IMG/VR virus record: IMGVR_UViG_3300044708_000067
Span: 1-56,410 of that record
Reading direction: 5' to 3' (one strand)
Source of the DNA: a virus
Taxonomy: Duplodnaviria; Caudoviricetes
Length of the DNA stretch: 56,410 bases
The translations under genes were made by a program, and so were the position numbers. Numbering within the stretch: the first letter of the stretch is position 1; each line of letters begins with the position of its first letter. This document shows, in pieces, positions 35,146 to 44,044 of this stretch. The notes beneath the pieces are model-generated. The model did no database searches. It was not told where the DNA came from and saw only the letters and a program-made list of their open reading frames with translations.

Positions 35146-37137
35146 ATGCGCCGCTTGCTGCTAGCGCTGCTGCTCGCCTGCTGCGCCAACACGGCGCTGG
35201 CGCAGGAAGACACGCCCACGAACACGCCGACAGATACACCGACCAACACGCCTACGAACACGCGCACGAGTACGCCGACGCGGACGCCCACCTTCACGCC
35301 GATCCCCGCTGAGTGGTGCTGCCAGTGCTACAGCGGCACGCCGCCTGACGGGCCGATCTGCGCCGAAGGCATCACTTGCAATCCGCAGTGCACGCCTGTG
35401 CCTGACGCGGCCTGCGAGTCGGACAGCGGCGGCCTGGTCTGCCACACGTTCACGCCGACGCCCACAGGAAATACCGCAACACCCACGCGGACCCCAACGC
35501 CAACCGCTCTACCAGAAACGGCTTGCTGCCAAGCGCATGGCGGTGGCGGCCTGCCTGTCTGCTCAATAGGATCGTATTGCATTCCGCCCGCTACACCCGT
35601 CTTTGACGCAGGGTGTTACGCGGGTGGTGGCGGCTCAGTGTGCATGACCTTCACGCTTACCCCGACTGTGTCCCCCACAGCGACCATTACTGAGACGCCA
35701 ACCGTCACGCCGACACTCAACGCCGCCGACTGCTGCCAAGGGTTATTCGTCACGGTTCCGGTCTGCGTTGCCCCGCCGCCGACGACAACGCCGGGCGTCT
35801 ACGACTGCGCCCCATTCGTCACTGTGTACGGTGCTGTCTGTGATGGGGACACAGGGCTTTGCAGCACCCCGTCGCCTACGGTGATTCCCACGCCGCTGCC
35901 CGACACTGCCTGCTGCCAAGGGCATGGGCCTGGTGGCCTGCCCGTCTGTGCGGTCGGCTCGTACTGCATCGCGCCCGCGACGCCCGTGTTCAATGCAGGC
36001 TGCTATGCGGGCGAAGGCGGCTCTGTGTGCGCCACGTTCACGCCAACGCCGACGCCGCATTTAGTGTGCGTAACGCCCACGCTGCCGCCGTGCGGCGGTG
36101 CCTCGCGGGCGGTCATTGAGGCGCAGAATCCCACGTCCATGTGGCAGTTCGCGGAGACAGCCGTGCTGACCCCAACGCGCGGCACGCCTACACCCGGCAC
36201 GCCGACGCCTACCGTGGCAGTCCAGGCCGCCGACCTCATCGACTCCAACCCCGGCACGTACACGGGCCAGTACATTCTGACCGGCGAGGGCGTGGATCTG
36301 AACGGCAACGGCGCGGTGACAACCGCCGTGACCTACACGGCGCCGCAGACGATGACAGTGCTGGTTGGCGCACGCGGTACTACGGGCACCTTCGCCGCCT
36401 TCGGACCGCCGCCGTACTGGCAGAACGTCTCGGCGGCGCTCCTGCACGTCTCGCCTGCCGGTACGCTGTGGTGGGGCATCACTTACGGCAGCGGGCAGTT
36501 CTCGCTTGTGCCGCCTGCTACGCCGTTCTTCCCTGACATGGGCAACGTGCCGGTGGTGTCGGACGGCATTGAGCACCTGATGGTCGCCTCACTCGGACCG
36601 GCCGGGCAGAAGACGTACCTGGACGGGCGGCTGATCGACACGGCGCCCTACCACTTCTTCGTCGCGCCGACGCCGGGCACCTGGACCTTCGGCAACGGCA
36701 ACATCGCGGGCTGGCCGAACACGACGCCTGCGGGCTACTTCGGGCACATCGACTGCGCGGCCTGGTGGAACGGGCGGCAGTTGAGCGACGCCGACGTGGC
36801 GGGCTTGCTACGCACGCCTACAGCAACGACCACGGCAACGCCGACGCCATCGCCTTCAACGACGCCCACACGGACCTCGACGCGGACCCGCACGCCGACA
36901 TGGACGCGCACGCCGACGATCTCGCCTACGCCGCTGCCTACGGGTGCGTGTTGTCAGTGCTTGCTGGGCTGCGCGGCCCCAGCATTTGGCACGAACTGTG
37001 GGATATGCTCAGTGGTGCTCAACGCCTCGTGCAATATTGCTGAGGATGTGAACTGCGTCACGTTCACGCCGACGCCGACCCGCACCCCCACGAACACGCC
37101 AACGCGCACGCCCAGCAACACGCCTACGTCCCCGTAG
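35146..37137 (+). CDS. Secreted protein (663 aa): five CCQ modules, Thr/Pro linkers and a LamG/concanavalin-like domain
   Basis: Signal peptide ...NTALA; modules CCQ...C...C..V..A.C...C.TFTPTP; P...W.F.E, H.......G...YLDG, YFG.ID..A.W...LS LamG pattern. Confidence 0.85.
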   Translation: MRRLLLALLLACCANTALAQEDTPTNTPTDTPTNTPTNTRTSTPTRTPTFTPIPAEWCCQCYSGTPPDGPICAEGITCNPQCTPVPDAACESDSGGLVCHTFTPTPTGNTATPTRTPTPTALPETACCQAHGGGGLPVCSIGSYCIPPATPVFDAGCYAGGGGSVCMTFTLTPTVSPTATITETPTVTPTLNAADCCQGLFVTVPVCVAPPPTTTPGVYDCAPFVTVYGAVCDGDTGLCSTPSPTVIPTPLPDTACCQGHGPGGLPVCAVGSYCIAPATPVFNAGCYAGEGGSVCATFTPTPTPHLVCVTPTLPPCGGASRAVIEAQNPTSMWQFAETAVLTPTRGTPTPGTPTPTVAVQAADLIDSNPGTYTGQYILTGEGVDLNGNGAVTTAVTYTAPQTMTVLVGARGTTGTFAAFGPPPYWQNVSAALLHVSPAGTLWWGITYGSGQFSLVPPATPFFPDMGNVPVVSDGIEHLMVASLGPAGQKTYLDGRLIDTAPYHFFVAPTPGTWTFGNGNIAGWPNTTPAGYFGHIDCAAWWNGRQLSDADVAGLLRTPTATTTATPTPSPSTTPTRTSTRTRTPTWTRTPTISPTPLPTGACCQCLLGCAAPAFGTNCGICSVVLNASCNIAEDVNCVTFTPTPTRTPTNTPTRTPSNTPTSP

Positions 37138-37507
37138 GCTCCCCCCGCAGCGCCGCACGGGCACGCTCGCCGCCGTCGCGCAGAATCTGCGATGCACCGA
37201 ATAGCCAGCGCTCCGCATCCGCATAGAACGCCAGCGCCGTTTCGAGGGCGGCAATGCGCTCGTAGGGGTCGGCGTGGAATAGCTCGTCAGCGGCAACTAG
37301 CGCACGCCCATCCTCGGCTTGCCACGCGCCATCCGCAGCGAGGTGCTGGATGATTGCCTTGCCGACGCACAGCGGCGTTGCCAGCGCCCGCAGCCGCGTT
37401 ATCTCCTGCGCTTGGCGCTCGACGGTGGCGTGTAGGGCGCGCTGCTCCGACTCCAGATTCGCCTGCCGCGCGCCTTCGTCCATCGCAAACTCGTTCACGT
37501 CGCTCAT
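37124..37507 (-). CDS. Hypothetical coiled-coil protein
   Basis: GAGGTG RBS; ALAFYAD...DGGERARAAL phage C-terminal motif. Confidence 0.65.
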   Translation of the reverse strand: MSDVNEFAMDEGARQANLESEQRALHATVERQAQEITRLRALATPLCVGKAIIQHLAADGAWQAEDGRALVAADELFHADPYERIAALETALAFYADAERWLFGASQILRDGGERARAALRGEPTGT

Positions 37508-37779
37508 TTCACCTCTTCCCACCCGAACCGCACTCTGCGACACTCGCCGGGCTTGAGCGTGAGGCCGGTCATTGCGTGCAAGCTCCTGGATGTGAAGGAC
37601 AGTTGAGCGGCGCCGCGAGGGCCTCGCCCCCTGTACAGTCCATCCCTTCCCAACGTCGGCTTGAGCGCCCAAAGCACGGTCATGCGCCAGACAGGCGGCA
37701 TGTGGCGCGTCACCCACACCGCCTTCCCTGTGCCCCGCTTCGGCGTGCGCGGGCGGGGCGTGCGCTTGGGCTTCATCAT
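37504..37779 (-). CDS. Hypothetical basic protein
   Basis: ATGA overlaps on both sides. Confidence 0.55.
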   Translation of the reverse strand: MMKPKRTPRPRTPKRGTGKAVWVTRHMPPVWRMTVLWALKPTLGRDGLYRGRGPRGAAQLSFTSRSLHAMTGLTLKPGECRRVRFGWEEVK

Positions 37780-38027
37780 GGCTGCTGCTCCGCGTTTGCC
37801 TTCTCGAATGCCTTGCGTAGCGGGCCATCGGGCAGTGCGGTGTAGTCCCACTGACCGGGCGGCAATGCCTTGATGCATTTGTCGTGCGCGTGGAACGTCT
37901 GCGCCGATTGTGAAATGGTGAAGGACTTAACCCGCTTGCCGAGGAGCACTTCAGCGAGGAAGTTGCCGCCGCACAGGGCGCACTCACCGAGGCTGCCACC
38001 GGGACCGGGCATGCCATGATCGTTCAT
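37776..38027 (-). CDS. Small zinc-binding protein
   Basis: CALC...HDKC; GGAGGG RBS. Confidence 0.65.
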   Translation of the reverse strand: MNDHGMPGPGGSLGECALCGGNFLAEVLLGKRVKSFTISQSAQTFHAHDKCIKALPPGQWDYTALPDGPLRKAFEKANAEQQP

Positions 38028-38239
38028 GTTTTCCCTCCTGCCTCAAGCCAGCGAACCGCTACGTCGGCTAGCCGCAGGCAAAATTTTCTGCGCAGCGGCT
38101 GAAGATCAAGGCCTCCACGACGGTCGTTCCACGATTTGTGGTAGACTTCCTCGTGCAGCACCCGCGCCAACGCCTCAACGCGCCTGTATCGCTGTGCGGC
38201 TGTCTCAGCACGCGGGCCGGGGCGGCGGCGGGTGGTCAT
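38024..38239 (-). CDS. Hypothetical protein
   Basis: VEALARVLHE...W...R phage motif; ATGA overlaps. Confidence 0.5.
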   Translation of the reverse strand: MTTRRRPGPRAETAAQRYRRVEALARVLHEEVYHKSWNDRRGGLDLQPLRRKFCLRLADVAVRWLEAGGKT

Positions 38240-38376
38240 CGCTTGCGCTCCGCTGATAGCCCAACGTACAGAAAGAGCGCGGCGGCAATAGCAAATAGGC
38301 CGTCTTGGCGGTAGCCTGCCGCTATTACACATAGAAGGTATGCAGCAAATGCAGCACCGAGAGCGTAGTGCTTCAT
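38236..38376 (-). CDS. Small two-TM protein
   Basis: MKHYALGAAFAAYLLCVIAAG...LFAIAAALFLYVG. Confidence 0.5.
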   Translation of the reverse strand: MKHYALGAAFAAYLLCVIAAGYRQDGLFAIAAALFLYVGLSAERKR

Positions 38377-38563
38377 ACCTTCATCCTCCTCCTGACGGCG
38401 CGCTCGACGGAGCTGGCGATGCGTTCCCATTCTCGCTGCGTGTCACTGAATAGCACCGACCAAGACAACGCACTCCCGGTATCGCAGGCTTCGTAGGCCA
38501 CTTGCCCGAGCGTCTTGCGCGTCCGCCCCCGGCGCGGCGGCGTTCGTACAGGCAACAGTAAAG

Positions 38564-38648
38564 CGGGGAAAGCACGATTCGAACGTGCGGACCCTTGCGG
38601 GTCTCCGGGGTTCAGGCCCGGTGGTTTAAGCCGCTCACCCATTTCCCC
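38564..38648 (-). tRNA. tRNA-Ser(UGA) with long variable arm; CCA not encoded
   Basis: Acceptor GGGGAAA/TTTCCCC plus G73; D arm GGT..GG..ACC; anticodon arm CCGGG-CCTGAAC-CCCGG; variable arm GACCC-GCAA-GGGTC; T arm GCACG-TTCGAAT-CGTGC. Confidence 0.88.
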
Positions 38649-38876
38649 TCCATCCCCTGCGCTGGACGGCGCGGACGATTGCTCGCAGCGGCGCGAAGTA
38701 TCGCCGCCCGGCGTCCCTAGCGATTCGCCACGCGCTCGGCAGTTGATGCCGCGCCACGTAGCAGTCAACGCAGTAGCAGGCGTTGCCGCTCGTGCAGAGC
38801 TTGTGTTGGTCGCTCAAGCAGGCGTCGCAGAGCAGACCGTCGGCAAGCCCCCGGCGCGGCGGCTGTGCGGGGCGGG

Positions 38877-39065
38877 TCATCGGCGTCTCCAGAACTTAGC
38901 CAGGCACGGCGCTATCGCCTCTTCGCACCGCTGACGCTGCGCTTCGCATGTGCCTTCGCGTTCGCAGCCGAGCATCGGCGCGCAGTAGTCTTTTGGCCGT
39001 TCGTGTTGGCACCCTATCAGCGCCGCGAGCGTGAGCAGGAGCAGCAGACCAGCGCGGCTCATCAC
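38877..39065 (-). CDS. Small Cys-rich lipoprotein
   Basis: LLLLLTLAALIG-C lipobox. Confidence 0.65.
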   Translation of the reverse strand: MMSRAGLLLLLTLAALIGCQHERPKDYCAPMLGCEREGTCEAQRQRCEEAIAPCLAKFWRRR

Positions 39066-39277
39066 GGCTCACCCACCTTCATCAACACGCGATTCCACGC
39101 GCACGCCGACCACGTATGGCCGTGGGCATCCGTGCAGCAATCCGCAAGCACGCTGCTGACCGGCAAGAGCCGCGCGTTGGCCGGGCAGACGCGCTGGCAG
39201 TGCGGCGGTGGCGTGCGAGCCGCGCAGCCTGCCAGCGCCACGCACGCGAGCATGGCGAGGAGGAGGCGGGCGGTCAT
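39062..39277 (-). CDS. Small Cys-rich lipoprotein
   Basis: LLLAMLACVALAG-C lipobox. Confidence 0.7.
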   Translation of the reverse strand: MTARLLLAMLACVALAGCAARTPPPHCQRVCPANARLLPVSSVLADCCTDAHGHTWSACAWNRVLMKVGEP

Positions 39278-39507
39278 GATTCACCTATCGCGAGGCCGAG
39301 CGCAATGCGGCCAAGCACCACGAACGCGAAAGCGCCAAAAGGAACCATGATGGTCAATATGCCGCCCATCATTCGGTCTGGCGCTGTGCAGTTTTCTTCA
39401 AGGAGCACGCACGCGATTGTTCCAAGGCCGTAGATCATTACGGCCATCAGCGCGAACACTGCGAATAACTGTATAGGGCCGACAATCCACTTAACGACTT
39501 CCTTCAT
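39274..39507 (-). CDS. Two-TM membrane protein
   Basis: Two hydrophobic helices; GGAGGTGG RBS. Confidence 0.65.
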   Translation of the reverse strand: MKEVVKWIVGPIQLFAVFALMAVMIYGLGTIACVLLEENCTAPDRMMGGILTIMVPFGAFAFVVLGRIALGLAIGES

Positions 39508-39655
39508 TCACCACCTCCTGTCGCGGCCTTGCGCACGCTGACGCCTGCGATAAGCGCCCACGCCAGCGCAAGCCACCACGGACCAAGCTGGCAGCGAACG
39601 CCGCACGCCCACGCCGCATAGATGGCAATCAGCATAGTTTGCAGGGCGCGTTGGC

Positions 39656-40306
39656 TCATCCGCCCCCTCCTATCGCGGCCTTGACCGCTGAGCGCCATGC
39701 GTCCCGCGCCGTAGCAGCAGTGGCCTCGTCAGGCTGCTTGCGGTACAGCGGTAGGAACTCCTCCAGCGTGTCGCCCGCGCTCACGAGCACCACAATCTGC
39801 TGCTCGCGCTCGGCAAGGCGCTGCTGCAAGCCTTTGCACTGCGTGAACGTCTCCAGCAGGATGTCTATCTGTCGGCCATCGAGCGTGCGCGTTTCATCGT
39901 CGTCCGTGTCGTGCAGCCAGTTGTACATATTGGACTGCGCGTCCGAGAGTTCGCCGCGCATAAACACGTTCAGGTCTTCAATCAGTGACTTGCGCTCGCG
40001 TTCCGCCTCGGCAAGCCTCCGGCTTAACTCGGCATACCCCTTGCGTAGCCCGTCCACTTCACCATCGCGCGTGCCGTTGCCGCAGATGCACAGCAAGCCG
40101 CTGACGTGCGACTCCGGGTCGCCGCAGCACGTACTGCACCGCTGTGCGGCGGCAAGCTGCGCGCGGAGGGTGGCAATCTGCTCTCTCGCGTCAGCGAGCT
40201 GAATGTTGAGGCCGTCCCAAGACGGCAGCGGCTCGGCCTTTTGCTTCCCACGCTTGCCGCGTTGGGCAACGGACGCTCGTAAAGTGTCGATTAGTTCGTC
40301 AGCCAT
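39656..40306 (-). CDS. Coiled-coil protein with Cys cluster
   Basis: GGAGGGG RBS; CSTC...CIC. Confidence 0.65.
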   Translation of the reverse strand: MADELIDTLRASVAQRGKRGKQKAEPLPSWDGLNIQLADAREQIATLRAQLAAAQRCSTCCGDPESHVSGLLCICGNGTRDGEVDGLRKGYAELSRRLAEAERERKSLIEDLNVFMRGELSDAQSNMYNWLHDTDDDETRTLDGRQIDILLETFTQCKGLQQRLAEREQQIVVLVSAGDTLEEFLPLYRKQPDEATAATARDAWRSAVKAAIGGGG

Positions 40307-40315
40307 CCCCCTCCC

Positions 40316-41179
40316 TCACTTCCCCCGAATCGCGGCGGCTTGGCAAAATATCCGCTCGCCCTTCGGCGTGTCGTGTATCCAGTCGTTATGCGGATTGCTG
40401 CGTCCGAGTGCCCACTTCTCGCGGCAGCCGATGCACAGCGCCGCACAGCAAGCCTCCCGCTCCGCTGCCGTCGCCTCTGTGCGGATGCGGGCGGTGAAAG
40501 CGTCGGCAGCGCTTTTCGTGTCACGTACTACCTCATCCCACTGTGCCAGTATGTCGAGCAGTGATTGGCCGCTTGCGTTGCCGTGCGCGTATCGCACGCG
40601 CTTACCGGCCACGAGCACCGCAACCGCAATGGCCTCCGCTGCCTGCCGCGCCTGCTGCTCGGCGGCGAGGGCGGTGGCGAGCCGGTGGCGTTCCGCGCCT
40701 GCCTGCTCCCGCACTTGCTCTGCCGCGCCGCGCAACGCTTCGATCTCGTAGCGCACCGTAAACCCGTTCCAAGTATCCTTCTCGCCGGGTTCAATCTCGT
40801 GGACGGTGACGCCGTTCGTCGGCACGCTCGCCGGTCGCCACACGACTCCGCAGGCGTGGCACAGATGGCTCTTGTGCGGCGGGTTTGTCCAACCGCTATC
40901 CGGCTCGGGCCGGTCTACGTGCTGCACGCCGCAGCTTGGGCAGTAGAGAATCATCGGGATCGGCTCGGCTGGCCGTGCCCGCACCCGCTCGCACTCCAGG
41001 CGGGATTGGCCGAGGGCGCGGACGGTGGCGGCGTAGTGATCCTCAGCGTGGGCGCGAAACTCGTCAACTGCGCAGTCAAGGCACGCAACCGTCGCGGCGC
41101 GCATCGCTGCGTCGAGCCGCAGGGCCTCGGCTTCTTCTGGCGTTAGCCCTGTGGTGGGGTCGAAGTCTGGGGCGGTCAT
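40316..41179 (-). CDS. Hypothetical protein with zinc ribbon (Ead/Ea22-like mosaic)
   Basis: PIPMILYCPSCG.QH.D...WTNPPHKSHLC..CG..WRPA.VPTNGV and EREAC...AAAIR. Confidence 0.65.
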   Translation of the reverse strand: MTAPDFDPTTGLTPEEAEALRLDAAMRAATVACLDCAVDEFRAHAEDHYAATVRALGQSRLECERVRARPAEPIPMILYCPSCGVQHVDRPEPDSGWTNPPHKSHLCHACGVVWRPASVPTNGVTVHEIEPGEKDTWNGFTVRYEIEALRGAAEQVREQAGAERHRLATALAAEQQARQAAEAIAVAVLVAGKRVRYAHGNASGQSLLDILAQWDEVVRDTKSAADAFTARIRTEATAAEREACCAALCIGCREKWALGRSNPHNDWIHDTPKGERIFCQAAAIRGK

Positions 41180-41328
41180 GCGGCTCGCATCGCTAAGGCT
41201 ACTTGCAGCGCGGCTATCAACACATTGCGGATCGCGTGGTGGTAGTCGCCGCTCAGTGCCCAATCTGCCGCCGTCATCAGGCATACGCCGGTAACTGCTC
41301 CGTACACGAACAACAGCGCCTTCATCGC

Positions 41329-41841
41329 TTACTCCTCCTTCCCGCGCCCCGCCTCGATGGCGTCGCGGAGTTCGTGCTCAACGTCTCCGTCGTCGAGACT
41401 AGCGGCCTCATACGCCTCCCACGCCGCCACTATCCGCGCCAGCTTCGCCTCTGTAACCTGTACAAGGCGCTGCTGAGCAGCGCGCTCTGACAGCAAATCG
41501 TCGATCCGTGTTTCAGCGCGATGCAGGACGATGCCCGTTCCCGCCAAGCGTTGATCCAGTGCCGCCAGCTTCGCCTCTGCCTCGTTGCGCTCGCGGATCA
41601 CCCGCGCCACGGCTTGCGCATTCGACTCCGGCGCCTCGGCCTGCGACAGCCCTTGCGCGATGGCGCTGTGCTGCTCGCACTCTCGCAACGCGAGGCGCGT
41701 GCGGGCGAGACGCTTCAGCGCGGCAGTCAGGCGTTGCGGTGCCTGCCCAATGTCGCCAAGGTTCATAGGCGTAAGCTGCGCACGCTCGTCGTCGCTGAGC
41801 ATGGCCAGTTCTTCGCTGGAGAGCGGGCGGTCGGTGCTCAT
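41329..41841 (-). CDS. Coiled-coil hypothetical protein
   Basis: Starts MSTDRPLS at an ATGA overlap. Confidence 0.6.
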   Translation of the reverse strand: MSTDRPLSSEELAMLSDDERAQLTPMNLGDIGQAPQRLTAALKRLARTRLALRECEQHSAIAQGLSQAEAPESNAQAVARVIRERNEAEAKLAALDQRLAGTGIVLHRAETRIDDLLSERAAQQRLVQVTEAKLARIVAAWEAYEAASLDDGDVEHELRDAIEAGRGKEE

Positions 41842-42086
41842 GGCTGTACCGCCACGCTTGCTGCCCAGCCTACCGCCGTAGGCCAGTAAACCCAATACGA
41901 GCGCCGTTTGCAGGTCAGATGGTCCCATTCTCCTTGATACATGCGGTCCAGGAAACCCTTGCGATAGAGCCGTGCCGCAACGAGGGGGCTGCGCGCCTCG
42001 GGAGATTCACGGTGGCGATGGTTGCGGACGCGCGCAGCTATGTAGCAAAGCTCAGCGCGTTCTTTCATAGTGAGGGCCTTCGTCAT
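41838..42086 (-). CDS. Small winged-helix-like protein
   Basis: ARLYRKGFLDR...YWPTAVG. Confidence 0.55.
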   Translation of the reverse strand: MTKALTMKERAELCYIAARVRNHRHRESPEARSPLVAARLYRKGFLDRMYQGEWDHLTCKRRSYWVYWPTAVGWAASVAVQP

Positions 42087-42766
42087 GGGTGCACCACGCG
42101 CATGAGCTGCGCGCCGATGAACTGCGTGTAGGCGGGCGGAATCGCCTCGTTGAGTTCCTTGCGCGTCATCCAGTCAATCCCGATGGCTGTCCGCAGCTCG
42201 TCGATCTTGAAGCAACGGCCCCAGTTCTTCATGTGCCATCCATTCGTGCCCCCCCCGTATATGCCGATGGTGCGCCCGCGCTTGTGCTGGCAGGGCGGGG
42301 TGAGCACGCCAAACGAGCATTCAAACAGGCGATGGCGCGGCAAGTCCCAGCCGTCGTAGCCCAGGCCGAACGTCGCGCCGCAGAGTCGTACGGCGGTTGA
42401 ACGGAGCGGCGACAGCTCCACATTCTCGATCACGTAGGGCTTCCCGCATTCGATGAGTAAGTCGCGCGTCGGTTCGATCAGCTTGGCGTGCGTGCGCCCT
42501 GAGCCATTATTCTTGGCCATCGAGTAGCCTTGGCACGGCGGGCTGGCGTGGATCGCATCGAACTCGCCTGCATGCTCACGGCAAAACTCCAGGGCATCCG
42601 CCTGCACGAACTTGTCGCCCACGTAATGCGGCTGTGGCTTGTTATCGACGCCGGTAACGTGGAAGCCCGCAAGCTGATAGCCGCGCGCCGCGCCACCGGC
42701 ACCGCAGAACAGGTCAAGCAGGCGCGGGCGGCTCAGCAGCGGGCGGTCGGTGTCAGGCTGGGTCAT
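42083..42766 (-). CDS. DNA (cytosine-5) methyltransferase, short phage type
   Basis: Motif I LLDLFCGAGG, IV SPPCQ, VI IENV, VIII RHRLF, X EAIPP; start at MTQPDT (42766). Confidence 0.9.
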   Translation of the reverse strand: MTQPDTDRPLLSRPRLLDLFCGAGGAARGYQLAGFHVTGVDNKPQPHYVGDKFVQADALEFCREHAGEFDAIHASPPCQGYSMAKNNGSGRTHAKLIEPTRDLLIECGKPYVIENVELSPLRSTAVRLCGATFGLGYDGWDLPRHRLFECSFGVLTPPCQHKRGRTIGIYGGGTNGWHMKNWGRCFKIDELRTAIGIDWMTRKELNEAIPPAYTQFIGAQLMRVVHP

Positions 42767-43004
42767 GGCGTTCTCCACGGCGAAGGGCGCATAACTGCAC
42801 GACGCCTTGCGCAAGTAGTCGGCGCATGATGGCGATGCTGGCTTCACGATACCCCTTGGGTAGTTCAACGAACTCCGGGCCAAGCTCCTCGACCATCGCG
42901 CGGTGCCACTCGTCAGCCAGGTGCTCGGCCTGCTGTTCCAGGGCCGCGAAGGCGCGCGTGCTGGCGTTGAGCAGCTCGAAGGATGGTTCGGTGTCGTCAG
43001 GCAT
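42753..43004 (-). CDS. Hypothetical protein
   Basis: AGGAG RBS; 83 aa helical. Confidence 0.55.
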   Translation of the reverse strand: MPDDTEPSFELLNASTRAFAALEQQAEHLADEWHRAMVEELGPEFVELPKGYREASIAIMRRLLAQGVVQLCALRRGERHDPA

Positions 43005-43491
43005 GGCGTGGCTCCTGCGGCGGCTCTGCGAAGCCCAGCGCGGCAGCCAGCCAGCGCCAGCCCTTGCCGCCGCGATTCTGCGTCACGCTGGCATGGTGCT
43101 GCACGCACAGCCAAGCCAGCGGCCCTTCGTGGCCGCCGTGGCTGCGCGGGATGACGTGATGCTGCTCCAGCGGGGCGTACTGGCCGCACACCAAGAGCGC
43201 CCGGCCCGTTGCGGGGATGGTGAGCAGCACGCCGCCGACAGCGCGCGGATACCAGCAGCGCGCCACGCCCGCCAGCACGTCGTCGCGGTATCGCTCAGGC
43301 ACTTGCAAGTCGGTGGACTGCAAGATGGTGAGCGCCGCGAGTTCGTACAGAGCCGTGGGACTCGGCGTGAGATTGCCGCCTACGCCAAGGCGGTTGCGCA
43401 ACAAGTTCATCGCCTGCACCCACAGGTCGCGCACTTCGCGCTGCACTGTGACGTGTGGCAGCGTGCGCCACTCTACGTCGCCGTCAGTCAT
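42997..43491 (-). CDS. Protein with C-terminal HNH-like motif
   Basis: LEQHHVIPRSHGG....LAWLCVQHH. Confidence 0.65.
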   Translation of the reverse strand: MTDGDVEWRTLPHVTVQREVRDLWVQAMNLLRNRLGVGGNLTPSPTALYELAALTILQSTDLQVPERYRDDVLAGVARCWYPRAVGGVLLTIPATGRALLVCGQYAPLEQHHVIPRSHGGHEGPLAWLCVQHHASVTQNRGGKGWRWLAAALGFAEPPQEPRHA

Positions 43492-43636
43492 CGCGGCCTA
43501 CTGAACGCGCCGACGTTGGCGAGCAGGAACAGCGCGGTCGCGCACGCCCACAGCGGATTGCCTGTGTAGAGGGCGACGCTGCCGCTCATGCCCATGCCTG
43601 CGCACGCCATGATAACCCATACCATCATCCCGGCAC

Positions 43637-44044
43637 TCATCGGCGCACCATAATGGCATCCGAGATGGACTGGCACCAACGCGCGGCGTCGCTCCGCAGC
43701 ATATCGCTTGTTAGTCGTATCACGATCCACCCTCTCAGTTGTGCAACGTTGTACTTCTCGGCATCGCGTGAGTAGCCCGCGCCAGTGACGTGGCGCCCGC
43801 GCACCCATGTGCCGCCCTCGATCTCAACCGCCACCTTGGCGTCGGGGCGGGCATAGTCGAAGCGCCACATGCGCGGCGGCGCAAACACGTACTCGTGGAC
43901 CCACCCCGTGCCCTGCCACTGCGCCTCGAAGTAGTGCGCGGCGCACAGGTGCAGTTGCCCGATGCCGTCCAGCGCGCGGCACTTGCAGTGCATGCAGTGC
44001 GCGGCAGTACGGCGGCGTGGCGGTGCCGCAGCGCGGCGGGTCAT
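43637..44044 (-). CDS. PD-(D/E)XK restriction-endonuclease-like protein (DUF559/Vsr-like)
   Basis: EYVFAPPRMWRFDYA...KVAVEIEGG.W..GRH...Y..D.EKYN.AQ..GW. Confidence 0.85.
   Translation of the reverse strand: MTRRAAAPPRRRTAAHCMHCKCRALDGIGQLHLCAAHYFEAQWQGTGWVHEYVFAPPRMWRFDYARPDAKVAVEIEGGTWVRGRHVTGAGYSRDAEKYNVAQLRGWIVIRLTSDMLRSDAARWCQSISDAIMVRR

Noticed and set aside
35500-36060. Near-identical repeats as a DGR template/variable pair
   Set aside because: No reverse transcriptase is visible, both copies are in frame in one gene, and differences are not confined to adenines.
38564-38648. tRNA as an attP/attB site or as a Sec/suppressor tRNA
   Set aside because: No integrase or duplicated 3' end was seen. 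The anticodon is UGA (reads UCA, Ser), not UCA, and TGA/TAG stops behave normally in the genes.
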